Shown: positions 48,301 to 56,116 of the stretch, piece by piece
How the letters are laid out: the number at the start of each line of letters is the position of its first letter
Position numbering within the stretch: the stretch's first letter is position 1
Origin: Thermoplasmata archaeon
GTDB taxonomy: Archaea > Thermoplasmatota > Thermoplasmata > Lutacidiplasmatales > UBA184
Direction of reading: 5' to 3'
Length of the DNA: 64,000 nt
Assembly: GCA_035502475.1 (NCBI GenBank)
Contig: DATJUJ010000021.1
Coordinates: 5,098-69,097, forward strand
The notes under the pieces: generated by a model
What the model was told of the DNA's origin: nothing
Databases searched by the model: none
Seen by the model: only the letters and a program-made list of their open reading frames with translations
Program-made: the position numbers and the translations under genes

Positions 48301-50486
48301 ACCGGGCTCCGCGGCCGCGCGCGCTTCGAGTCCCGGTGGGCGGCGCCGCGATCGGGGCGCCGCTCGAGGACTTCGCGAGCGAAGAGAAGATCGCCGAGGG
48401 CGAGGCGATCCGCTCCCTCGGTCAGGAGCTGGACTCGTTGCTGGGGGTGCCGCTGCTCGGGCCGTCCAAGGTGGCCGAGGCCTGGGATGTGGGACTTCGG
48501 AGCTTGAGCCAGTACGCCGACGCGCCGTTCGAGACGCTGGTCGCCCTGCCGGGCTTCGGTCGACCGGTCGCGGAGGCGCTGCGGCGCAGTCTCGGGCGAG
48601 AGGTGCCCGAGCGTCCGGGCCGTCCCGCCCGACCGCCGCGGCCCGTAGTTCGCGTGCCGACCACCGTCCCGTCCGAGGAGGTGCTTTCCATGCCCGATAC
48701 GCCGCGCGAAGCTGAACCCACCCCCGCGCCCGTCGGAGCGGACTCGGCCGCGCACGTGCTGCCGGTGGCCGACTCCGGGCCGCCCCCGGCCCCCGAGCCC
48801 TCGCCGGCGGAGGCGGACGCCTCCGCTCGATCGGATCAGGAAGTGCCCTCCGGGCCGGCGCCGCCGCCTCCCGAGAGCGTTCCGACCGACACCGGAGCGA
48901 CGCTGGAGCTACCCGGCCTGCCCGAGGCCACCCCGATCGAATCCGCCCCCGACGCTCCCGAACCAGCAGCCGAGTCGCCTTCCCCGGAGCCAACCCCGTC
49001 GGCCCCCGACGCCGCTCCGGGTCCGGAACCGAGTCCGTCGCCGCCCGAGTCACCCCCGCCGACTCCTCTGGATCCGGAACCCTTGGCCGCCGACGCCGCT
49101 CCCTCCTCGAGCGAACCCTCGGCGGGCGCCACGACACCTGTGGCCCACGACGAGTGGGCGGGGTCCGGCCCGTCACTTCCCCCGGCAGACGCCCTCCCCC
49201 AGAGCACCCCGTCCCAGGAGGACGTTCCCGAGCGCTCCGCCGACGTCTCCGCGGCATCCGCCTCCCCCGAGCCGGCACCGACGGCCCCAGCATCCAACAC
49301 CGAGCTGGAACCCGTCTCCCCCGAGCTGACTCCGGCGCCTCAGGCACCCGGCCCCGAGGCGGAACCCGCCCTCCTCGACGCCTCGGGTGAACCGGGCCCG
49401 CCGACGGTGCCCTCGGAGAGCATCGAGCCATCGTCCGTGCCGGAAGGGCCCGAACCTGTCCCGACCGATCTGCCGGAACCGGAACCCCCGATACCGCCCG
49501 TGGCCGAGTTGGGGCCACCGAGCCCGGAGACGTCGCTCGGCCCAACCGCCGATCCGTCGCCCGAAGGCCAGGAGATCGGGCGGTCCGGGCCCGAGGGTCC
49601 GCCGGGCGACGCGATGAGGCCGGAGCCCGAGCCCCGAACCGAGACCGGCACGCCCGAAGCGCCGGGATCCGGAGCCATGACCGAGGCTGAGGCCCCCGGC
49701 CCGTCGGAGTCTCCGGTCGCCACGACCTCAGAGTTGGAACCCGAGGCCCCGTCCTCGGCCGGACCTCCGGCCTCTCCCGGTCCGGGGGCCGAGATGGCCG
49801 CGCCGGTCAACCCCCCAGAGGAGGCCGCGATCCCCCCGGCCCCGGAACCTCCCGACGAGCCGACGGTCCCGGACCTTGCCCCGACCCTGCCGGCGGTCCC
49901 AGCGCCGGCCTTCCCCGCTGCCGAGCCTCCGGTCGCGCCCCAGCCGACCGCTCTCCCTCCACCGCCCACCCCGCCGGAGCCCCCGATCGCGCCCCCGGCT
50001 CTCGCGCCGTCGCCCGCGGGGGGTATCGAGATCGATGTCGGCAAGGCGATCGTCCCCTCGCTGCAGCCGTTCCTCGAAGCGACCGCCGCGGGCCATCGCG
50101 GGGTCTGCCTCGTTCGGGAGTCCCCCGAGCGTCTCCGGGCGCACATCGGGAGTCGGCCCGTCGACATCTACTGGCTGTCGAACCTGGGCCGGGGCCTCTC
50201 GCTGAAGCCCAGCGACCTCGAGGGGATCGGCGCGTTCTGGGAGCGCTCGCTGGCCGAGGACCGGGTCACGGCCTTTTACCTCGAGGGGATCGAATACCTC
50301 GTCCGACTGCACGGGATCGACCGGGTGCTGGATCGGTTGGTCGCCTTCGACGCGTCCGCGCGGGCCCACGAGGCGCGGGTCTGGTTGCACCTGAATCCCG
50401 ATCTCATCCCCGCCCCGGATCTCGAGCGGATCCGGGGTACGCTTCGAGGAACCGGGGCCGGTAGCCCTCCCGGCGCCCCCAACTAG
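45345..50486 (+). CDS. IleRS-like pseudo-synthetase fused to HhH repeats, a Pro/Glu/Ala-rich linker and a C-terminal DUF835-like domain
   Basis: Collinear IleRS elements (LGIWV, CPNC, CP1 WVDAPW and GTGIVPLVPGHGATD, PHCAIC, FGADAVR, LAPIVPHTAE) with no HIGH or KMSKS; LLGVPLLGP/LVALPGFG HhH; C-terminal CLVRESP..YWLS..PSDLE..LEGIEYLV. Confidence 0.8.
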   Translation: MVDLSETYDPAACERDAQSLWAGRRFRAPDGTVGAGEGPRVWQFEGTFAPGDRPELVAQRAVAADVDARYLAIAGRRAVGTLRGETFRGVNPSPEFGSVLASLGIWVGGSGGLPWDGDDRHDGVQRIVSNLAKAGIFVLHDGPLRVCPNCAAPRSPGRLVYRDELGPTYLVRFAVTIREREAHALAWVDAPWRVLGTSALLVRPDALYVLARYRRKDAEEYVVTSLSSLARLEAWIPGAEFEVIDQFPGRELQSLPYAYPLRHEFPMGGTLAAPAGTFQGTTEVSDTGTGIVPLVPGHGATDAPIAEKLGIPGWPLVTLRGRMDILLLHKYSGLDLRTADEFVIRDLVESGAIFAELKVRRGVPHCAICGTATVWLPCRTWCLEPGRLPPLLAREYARLLPTAPRLSQIEVAAWPVSESTTTREPEGITLRECNLCERLAPPDAPPVCPCGGRTKPVSRHLLPSIGGAIAGWARRNPLPPSDAIRLYLGDRRRAPKLVHHLTAIAGLDGPVGEIGLTLLPTTSAEDLTGLLSQFGADAVRAALLRTEGLESPSATLPERCAEERRRLERWWRQARRVLQACDPAMLAAFAGPMAASLDGLETLDRAFVARWERVRLRALAEFDRWSATHAFREVTRFLETDLPFYLDLVKGRLASPGSPPTKRAALRTLVHVLRGSTVLLAPIVPHTAEAIHRVIVPDRSSLFEEPPVAVDRSLLADETARAWERWRSSVRAVRRFLVRRGLARDTILPKVVLVLPNEEEAGRYRGELPVLRALLGASEVEIASPQRPWAGRRRELRPVDSEIQRVYPQYASQMVALLRRMPPRRAQASVNGDLSVVIGSNSYRIAPEMVGYVDLLPDRVVPAPWGLGEMYIELPADAGAGAANVPPLSPDAFWLVRRLARRLARAPPEPEGRKRVAIVFAADPLASELLQSRGPIARYLDLEELRVVTAVEEVAPAGRSRGRTRTGARWWFDVPGAPAGRRPEKHRAPRPRALRVPVGGAAIGAPLEDFASEEKIAEGEAIRSLGQELDSLLGVPLLGPSKVAEAWDVGLRSLSQYADAPFETLVALPGFGRPVAEALRRSLGREVPERPGRPARPPRPVVRVPTTVPSEEVLSMPDTPREAEPTPAPVGADSAAHVLPVADSGPPPAPEPSPAEADASARSDQEVPSGPAPPPPESVPTDTGATLELPGLPEATPIESAPDAPEPAAESPSPEPTPSAPDAAPGPEPSPSPPESPPPTPLDPEPLAADAAPSSSEPSAGATTPVAHDEWAGSGPSLPPADALPQSTPSQEDVPERSADVSAASASPEPAPTAPASNTELEPVSPELTPAPQAPGPEAEPALLDASGEPGPPTVPSESIEPSSVPEGPEPVPTDLPEPEPPIPPVAELGPPSPETSLGPTADPSPEGQEIGRSGPEGPPGDAMRPEPEPRTETGTPEAPGSGAMTEAEAPGPSESPVATTSELEPEAPSSAGPPASPGPGAEMAAPVNPPEEAAIPPAPEPPDEPTVPDLAPTLPAVPAPAFPAAEPPVAPQPTALPPPPTPPEPPIAPPALAPSPAGGIEIDVGKAIVPSLQPFLEATAAGHRGVCLVRESPERLRAHIGSRPVDIYWLSNLGRGLSLKPSDLEGIGAFWERSLAEDRVTAFYLEGIEYLVRLHGIDRVLDRLVAFDASARAHEARVWLHLNPDLIPAPDLERIRGTLRGTGAGSPPGAPN

Positions 50487-50542
50487 GGCCGGACAGGCCA
50501 TCCAAGGGTAGATATCGCCGAAACCGGTGGGCCCGGGGGCGG

Positions 50543-51337
50543 ATGTCGGGCGGGCGTTCCCCCGGGCGCGGAGTGGCTCTCCTCGGAATCTGCGCCCTCG
50601 CCTTCGTGCTGCTGGTGCCTTCCACGACCTGGGCCGCCCCTGCCTCGCCGGCGGCTTCCCCGGGATCGACCGGCGCCGCCCAACCGGCGGCGTCCGTGCC
50701 GAGCGTCACCTGGAACGGGGCGAACGTCAACGGCGCCAACTCCTCTTCGAGCGCGTTCACGGTCACGTTCAACGAGGCGATCAACGTCCTGTTCTCCTGG
50801 GACCCGTCGCTCTACCCCAACGTCAACGACGCGCGGCTCCAGATGATCTACTTCGGATTCCCCGTCTCGACGCGGGACGTCGCCCCACCCGCGGGCACTC
50901 CCTTGCAGCCGTCGTCCTCCGTCGCGCTCAACTGGACGGTCGGGGCGATCCAGTACGTCTTCGAGGGGACGTTCGGGATCACGGCGAGCCTGATCGCGAA
51001 CGGCTCGACGCTCTGGAGCGAGAGCTTCTACGTGCGCCTCGTCGCGCCGTTCTCCGTCTTCGCGGCCGCGCCGCTGGTGCTGATCATCCTCGGGATCTAC
51101 GAAGTGTACGCGCTCGCCCGGTCGGGCCGCCAAGCCGGGCTCCAGCGCCGGAAGAAGAGCCCGCCGCCGACGACGGCCACGCCCTCGGCCCCCGCGGGCG
51201 CTGCGCCGACCGAGCCCGGGCCGCCCGCCGGGGCGCCGCCCGCCCCCCCACCCGCGGCGCCCGCACCGGCCCCGCCCCCACCGCCCGCAAGCGAGCCCCC
51301 CGCGGGTGAGCCGCCTACGGAGGGAGGCACGTCGTGA
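50543..51337 (+). CDS. exported single-pass membrane protein with a Pro-rich cytoplasmic tail
   Basis: Signal peptide, beta-rich ectodomain with N-x-S/T sequons, TM near residue 180, APPPPP-rich tail. Confidence 0.7.
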   Translation: MSGGRSPGRGVALLGICALAFVLLVPSTTWAAPASPAASPGSTGAAQPAASVPSVTWNGANVNGANSSSSAFTVTFNEAINVLFSWDPSLYPNVNDARLQMIYFGFPVSTRDVAPPAGTPLQPSSSVALNWTVGAIQYVFEGTFGITASLIANGSTLWSESFYVRLVAPFSVFAAAPLVLIILGIYEVYALARSGRQAGLQRRKKSPPPTTATPSAPAGAAPTEPGPPAGAPPAPPPAAPAPAPPPPPASEPPAGEPPTEGGTS

Positions 51338-51552
51338 GCGCGACCTCGACCGGGGCCAGCTGCGGCGTCGTCCTGGGCATCGTCGTGGTCCTGTTGCTCC
51401 AGCAGTTCGGCTACCTCGACCTCACGAACCTCACGAACGCGCTGATCGACCTGGGCCTCGGGATCGTCGTCGGCGGCGTCCTGGGCGGGGTCATCGGCTG
51501 GGCCCTCGGGAAGCGCTACCTCAGGACCCACCCGGACGACGCCCCCGCGTAG
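51334..51552 (+). CDS. small two-TM membrane protein
   Basis: 72 aa, GTGA overlap with the upstream gene, GGAGG SD, two Gly-rich hydrophobic helices. Confidence 0.65.
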   Translation: MSATSTGASCGVVLGIVVVLLLQQFGYLDLTNLTNALIDLGLGIVVGGVLGGVIGWALGKRYLRTHPDDAPA

Positions 51553-51567
51553 CGGCGCGACGGCGCG

Positions 51568-52569
51568 CTACTCCTGGTGCACGATCGTCGTCCCCGTGAT
51601 GTCGAGCCGCACGGACTTCGGGACGAACCCGATCCCTTCGAGGGCGCGTCGCACCTCGGGCTGACGCGCGGGCGGGACGAGGAAGAAGAGGAAGCCTCCG
51701 CCGCCCGCACCGAGCAGTTTCCCACCGATCGCCCCGTGGCGCAGGGCGAGCGCGTAGGCCCGGTCGATGCGGGCGTTGGAGATCCCCGACGAGAGGCGCT
51801 TCTTGAGCTGCCAGTTCTCGTCCATGAGGCGGCCGATCTCGGGGAAGTCGAGCCGCTCGAGGGCCCGCGCGGTCTCGAGCGCGAGGACCCGCATCCGGTC
51901 GTACTCGTCCAGGTGCCGGTCGATCTCGTTCACCTGCCGGACGTGGATCTCCCCGGAGTTGCGCTCGATGCCGGTGAAGAACAGCTGGAGGTGCTGGTTG
52001 ACCGTCGCCAGCGCATCGTGGTCGACCGCGAGGCTCTGGACGGAGACGGCGCCGTCGCGGGAGACCTCGATGAGGTTGAGCCCGCCGTAGGCGGCGGCGT
52101 ACTGGTCCTGGATCCCCCCGGGCTCCTTGAGCACCTCCCGTTCGATGCGGACCGCCTCGCGCGCGAGCTGGCGCGGACCGACCCGCTCGCCCTTCCAGAC
52201 GTGGAGGGCGTTCAGCACCCCGACCGCGCAGCTGCTGGAGGAGCCGATCCCCGTGCCCCGCGACGGCATCTGGGTGGCGGTGATGATCTGGATCCCGCTC
52301 GGGATCTTGAGGAGGCGCATCGCCTCGCGGATCGAGCCGTGCTGGATGTCGTCGATGTCCCGCTTCGCATCCTCGGTGATGCGGTAGCTGACCCGCACCT
52401 CGTCCGCGTTGAAGTTCTCGACGACGAAGACGAAGATCCCCTTGTCCATCGCGCCGGCGACGCACGCGCCGGGGCCGTGGGTCCGATAGTAGTCGGGAAG
52501 GTCGGTGCCGCCGCCCGCGAACGTGAGACGGAACGGGGTCTTCGAGACCACGGCGACGCGGCCCGCCAC
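51568..52569 (-). CDS. GHMP sugar kinase, HddA (heptose-7-phosphate kinase)-like
   Basis: KTPFRLTFAGGGTDLPDYY, GTGIGSSS, GIQDQYAAAYGG, ISNARID, GKLLGAGGGGF. Confidence 0.85.
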   Translation of the reverse strand: MAGRVAVVSKTPFRLTFAGGGTDLPDYYRTHGPGACVAGAMDKGIFVFVVENFNADEVRVSYRITEDAKRDIDDIQHGSIREAMRLLKIPSGIQIITATQMPSRGTGIGSSSSCAVGVLNALHVWKGERVGPRQLAREAVRIEREVLKEPGGIQDQYAAAYGGLNLIEVSRDGAVSVQSLAVDHDALATVNQHLQLFFTGIERNSGEIHVRQVNEIDRHLDEYDRMRVLALETARALERLDFPEIGRLMDENWQLKKRLSSGISNARIDRAYALALRHGAIGGKLLGAGGGGFLFFLVPPARQPEVRRALEGIGFVPKSVRLDITGTTIVHQE

Positions 52570-52669
52570 GGAGGAGCTCCGGCGGGTTCATCGGCGGGCC
52601 GACTTAGGGTTATCGAGCGCTCGAACCGCTCCACCGGGTCCGCCCGGCCGGAGTCCCCCGGAGGGCGGC

Positions 52670-53440
52670 CTACTGTACCGGGCCGAGCTCGAGGCTGCGG
52701 AACGACAGCACCGCGAGCCCGAACGAGACGACCGCGAGGCACGACAGGACGCCGGCCGCGATGAGGTCGCTGGGACCGAACGAGTGCGTGAACGCGTCCC
52801 GGACGGTGTTCGCGGCGTAGGTGAGGGGGTTCGAGTAGACGATCCCGCGCAGCACGAGGGGCGTCGAGCTCGTGACGGGATAGTAGACCGTCGAGATGAA
52901 GATCAGGAAATACTGGAGGAACGACTGGATGGTGAAGTAGAGGTTCGCGGACCGGATCCGCCCCCCGATCGCGATCAACAGCCCGCCGAAGAAGAGGCTC
53001 CCGAGCGCGATCGTCCCGAGCACGACCAGGATCTCGGAGGCCGAGAGCGCGGTGACGCCGATGAGCGGCAGCGCGACCAGGACCATGAGACCCACGCCCA
53101 CGAGCGAGAACAGGAGCGCGGTCAGCAGCAGGGCCGCGAGGTACTCGGCGCGCAGGAACGGCCCGGAGAAGATCTGCTCCACCATCGCCCAGCGGCGGTC
53201 GAGCCAGAAGATCCGGCCCGCGAGGACCGCGCCGGTGATCATCTGCGACGCGATCATCCCGGGGACGAGGAAGGCGACGTAGGAGCCCGAAGCGCCGACC
53301 GAGGGGATCAGCTGGTTGAACATCGTGCCGAGGATCACGATGAGGAACGCCGGCTGGCCGAACATGACCAGGAGCGTGATCGGATCGAGGGTCGCGGCGA
53401 AGTTGCGCGCGACGAGACGGACGACCGCGGGCACCCTCAT
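52670..53440 (-). CDS. ABC-2 type exporter permease
   Basis: ATG 53440; about 6 TM, FLVPGMI, FISTVYYP, NPLTYA. Confidence 0.88.
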   Translation of the reverse strand: MRVPAVVRLVARNFAATLDPITLLVMFGQPAFLIVILGTMFNQLIPSVGASGSYVAFLVPGMIASQMITGAVLAGRIFWLDRRWAMVEQIFSGPFLRAEYLAALLLTALLFSLVGVGLMVLVALPLIGVTALSASEILVVLGTIALGSLFFGGLLIAIGGRIRSANLYFTIQSFLQYFLIFISTVYYPVTSSTPLVLRGIVYSNPLTYAANTVRDAFTHSFGPSDLIAAGVLSCLAVVSFGLAVLSFRSLELGPVQ

Positions 53441-54429
53441 GCGAGCTCCTCCTTGGTCTCGGGGCCCGAGGCCGGGTCCTCCGATACGAGGGTGACGAAC
53501 GCCTCCTCGAGCGAGGTCTCCCGCACGGAGAGTCGCGCGAGCTCGACCGACCGGGCGTGGGCCCAGCGGACGACTCCTCCGACCAGGTCCTCCGCGTTCC
53601 GCGCCCGGAACAGAAGGAGGCCCCCCGTGGCAGAGAGGAGCTCGAACCCTTCGCCCCCGACCCGGAGCCGGTCGAGCAACTCCCGGCGTTCCTCGTCGGT
53701 CAAGGCCCGCTCGAACTCCGCCTCGACGCTGCGGGGGCCGCGGTACCGGCGCTTGATCTCCCCCGGGGGCCCGACCGCGCGCAGGCGTCCGGCCTGCAGG
53801 ACCCCGATCCGGTCGCAGAGCTGGTCGGCCTCCTGGAGGATGTGGGTCGTGAAGACGATCGTGAGCCCCTGCTTCGCCCGCCCCGCGAGGTAGTCGAGGA
53901 TGCGCTTCCGCGTGAGGGCGTCGAGCCCCACGGTCGGTTCGTCGAGGAAGAGGAGCTCCATCTCGTGCATCAGCTCCCGGGCGACCTGGAACCGGCGACG
54001 CTCGCCGCCCGAGAGGCTCCACGGCTTGCGGTGCCGGACCGGCTCGAGCTCGAACAGTTCGAGCATCTCCTCGGCGCGGCTCTTCGCGAGCTCGCGGGGG
54101 ACGCCCCAGAGGAACGCGTACAGCGTGAGGTTCCGCTCGACGGTGACGAAGTCGAGCGACTCCGACTGGAGCACGACGCCCATCCGGGCGCGCTCCGCGC
54201 GCCCGCAGCTCTTGAGGTCCTTCCCGAACAGGAGCCCCGAGCCTTCGGTCGGCGGCAGGAGCGTCGTGAGCAGCCGGACGGTCGTGGTCTTGCCGGCGCC
54301 GTTGCGCCCGAGCAGTCCGAAGACCTCGCCCCGACGGAGGGAGAAGCTCAGGTCCCGGACCGCGAACCGCTCGGGCGTGTAGGCGAAGCCCAGTCGGTCC
54401 GTGCGCACGATCTCTTCCGGTGCCGTCGT
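53437..54429 (-). CDS. ABC exporter ATP-binding subunit; start ACG 54429 or GTG 54408
   Basis: Walker A GRNGAGKTT, LSGGE signature, Walker B LFLDEPT, H-loop TTH; C-terminal SLEEAF. Confidence 0.92.
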   Translation of the reverse strand, partial: TTAPEEIVRTDRLGFAYTPERFAVRDLSFSLRRGEVFGLLGRNGAGKTTTVRLLTTLLPPTEGSGLLFGKDLKSCGRAERARMGVVLQSESLDFVTVERNLTLYAFLWGVPRELAKSRAEEMLELFELEPVRHRKPWSLSGGERRRFQVARELMHEMELLFLDEPTVGLDALTRKRILDYLAGRAKQGLTIVFTTHILQEADQLCDRIGVLQAGRLRAVGPPGEIKRRYRGPRSVEAEFERALTDEERRELLDRLRVGGEGFELLSATGGLLLFRARNAEDLVGGVVRWAHARSVELARLSVRETSLEEAFVTLVSEDPASGPETKEELA

Positions 54430-54578
54430 GCCGAACCCTCCGTGGACGCTGCGCTGGCCGAGCGTTGCTTAATCGTTGTCGCACGTACCGCCGCGGTCGC
54501 CTCTCGGCGACGCCGGAGGCCCGCATCGGACGGTCGCGCGCCGGTCACGGCCTTATCCGACCGGGGGGTTGCCGGGCA

Positions 54579-54833
54579 GTGCGCCGCATCTCGCTGCTGC
54601 TCATCGTCTTCCCGGCGCTCGCGATCGCGTGCCTCGTCGCCTCGACCTTGGTCTTGCCGGTCTGCGGCGGAGGGCTCTCGCTGATCCTGCTCGGGGTCGC
54701 GGTCGCGTTCGGCGGACTCACCCTCCAAGTGCTCGACGCGACGTCGGTGATGCTGCTCACCGAGGTGATCGCGGCGTTCCTGCTGCTGCTCGGAGTGAGC
54801 AGCGCCCTTAGCGCGGGCTGCGGGTTCTCGTAA
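54579..54833 (+). CDS. small three-TM membrane protein
   Basis: 84 aa from GTG 54579, almost entirely hydrophobic; CCTTATC box upstream. Confidence 0.6.
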   Translation: MRRISLLLIVFPALAIACLVASTLVLPVCGGGLSLILLGVAVAFGGLTLQVLDATSVMLLTEVIAAFLLLLGVSSALSAGCGFS

Positions 54834-54844
54834 CGGGGTTAGCC

Positions 54845-55117
54845 TCACCGGTCCAAGCGTCGACGTCGATTGAGGGCCGGCGCCTTTCCCCCGGCCGATG
54901 CCACGCCGTATTCGGGCGCCTCTAGCGGGCTCACGGCCGGGTCCGATCCGAGCCTCTCGTCGACCGTCGTCCAGGTCGTCCGATCGATCAAGCCGTGAAC
55001 ATCGTTCGTCTAGACCGGGACGAGCCGTTCGACGGCCCTCCCGTCGTCGACGATGAATGGCACCCCCATCTCGCTCGGGAGCCACGCTGCGACCCGGGCG
55101 ACGTCTTCGGGATCCAT
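54845..55117 (-). pseudogene. truncated nucleotidyltransferase-like (AbiEii/MNT-type) remnant
   Basis: ATG coupled by a TAATG overlap; GVPFIVDDGRAVERLVPV*TNDVHGLI resembles the GG.AV...T.D.D signature with substitutions and an in-frame TAG at 55010-55012. Confidence 0.5.
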
Positions 55118-55680
55118 TAGAACCCCGAACCGGCCGGGTTCTTCCAGAGCTTCCGCTCCAGCGCCGCCCGGTCCGGGGCGTCGCCGTCCCGGGGGAGGTA
55201 CGGCAGGACGTCGAAGAGACGAACGAGCGTCGCCACTCGGAGCGCGTTCTCCTCCCAGATCCGCCGCGTCAGGTAGAGCGGGTCCCACCTCGGGTTCCGG
55301 TCCACGAGGGCGCGGGCGCCGATCCGGTCGAACTTGAGCATCGCGACCGCGACGTCCTCGGGACGGGGCGACCGGGCGGCCTCCTCCGACGCGAAGGGGA
55401 TCGTCGTCAGGGACGACTGGATGAGCGGGAGGACCGAACGGGCGACGACGAGGAGTGGGGGGAACTTGATCGGATAGCCGAGCGACGTCACTCGGGCCGC
55501 GTCGAGCGCGAAGAGCGGGACGTTCGCGTTCCGGGCGATCCTCGCATCGTCCTCGGAGCGGACGACGACCTTCTCGTACTGCGCGCAGGGCCGGTGCGGC
55601 TTCCGCTCCTTTGGTACGAAGATCGAGCGGGGAAGCGTCCGGTCCGTCGGCTCGCGGACAAGCGATACGTTCGCCCTCAT
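55117..55680 (-). CDS. hypothetical protein, possibly the antitoxin partner of the downstream remnant
   Basis: 187 aa; AT-rich promoter AATATATATACTTA about 30-45 nt upstream; translationally coupled to 54845-55117. Confidence 0.6.
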   Translation of the reverse strand: MRANVSLVREPTDRTLPRSIFVPKERKPHRPCAQYEKVVVRSEDDARIARNANVPLFALDAARVTSLGYPIKFPPLLVVARSVLPLIQSSLTTIPFASEEAARSPRPEDVAVAMLKFDRIGARALVDRNPRWDPLYLTRRIWEENALRVATLVRLFDVLPYLPRDGDAPDRAALERKLWKNPAGSGF

Positions 55681-56116
55681 CGAGTCGCTCGTTCGGAGGT
55701 TAGCGCTAATAAGTATATATATTAGTTTCTGACCCGAGATGCAAGAGAGACCGACCGGAACGAGGCGCCGAGCCCCCGGGGGAAACTAGTTCGACACGGC
55801 GGAGGGACGCGCGGAGGGGGAGTCCGGAGCACTCCCCGCCGCGAGTTCCTCGAGAGCCGACAGGACCTTCTGTGCCGATCCCGACGCCCGAGAGGCACAG
55901 AGTTTCGCAAGCAGCGCACGTGTGGCTTTCGCCAGGTCGCTGGTCGTGCCCACCGTTCACAGGTCCGCCACCGGCGAACCTGTCGCCTACTCGCGGCCGC
56001 CTGCCTTGAACCAAGGTTCACCTACCCAAACGGTTCAAGTAAACCGTCAGACTCGCACCCGGGAAGGTCACTGACAGTGTTCGCGGACACTCGTAGGACC
56101 TCGGGGTAGTGAGTCG

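Noticed and set aside
48600-50020. Tandem DNA repeat or CRISPR-like array in the Pro/Glu-rich linker
   Set aside because: Low-complexity coding sequence with no fixed-length nucleotide repeat; no CRISPR array or cas gene seen in the window.
55706-56021. ORFs 55706-56014 and 55722-56021 with Cys/His patterns
   Set aside because: No convincing motif spacing, SD or codon bias; treated as non-coding.
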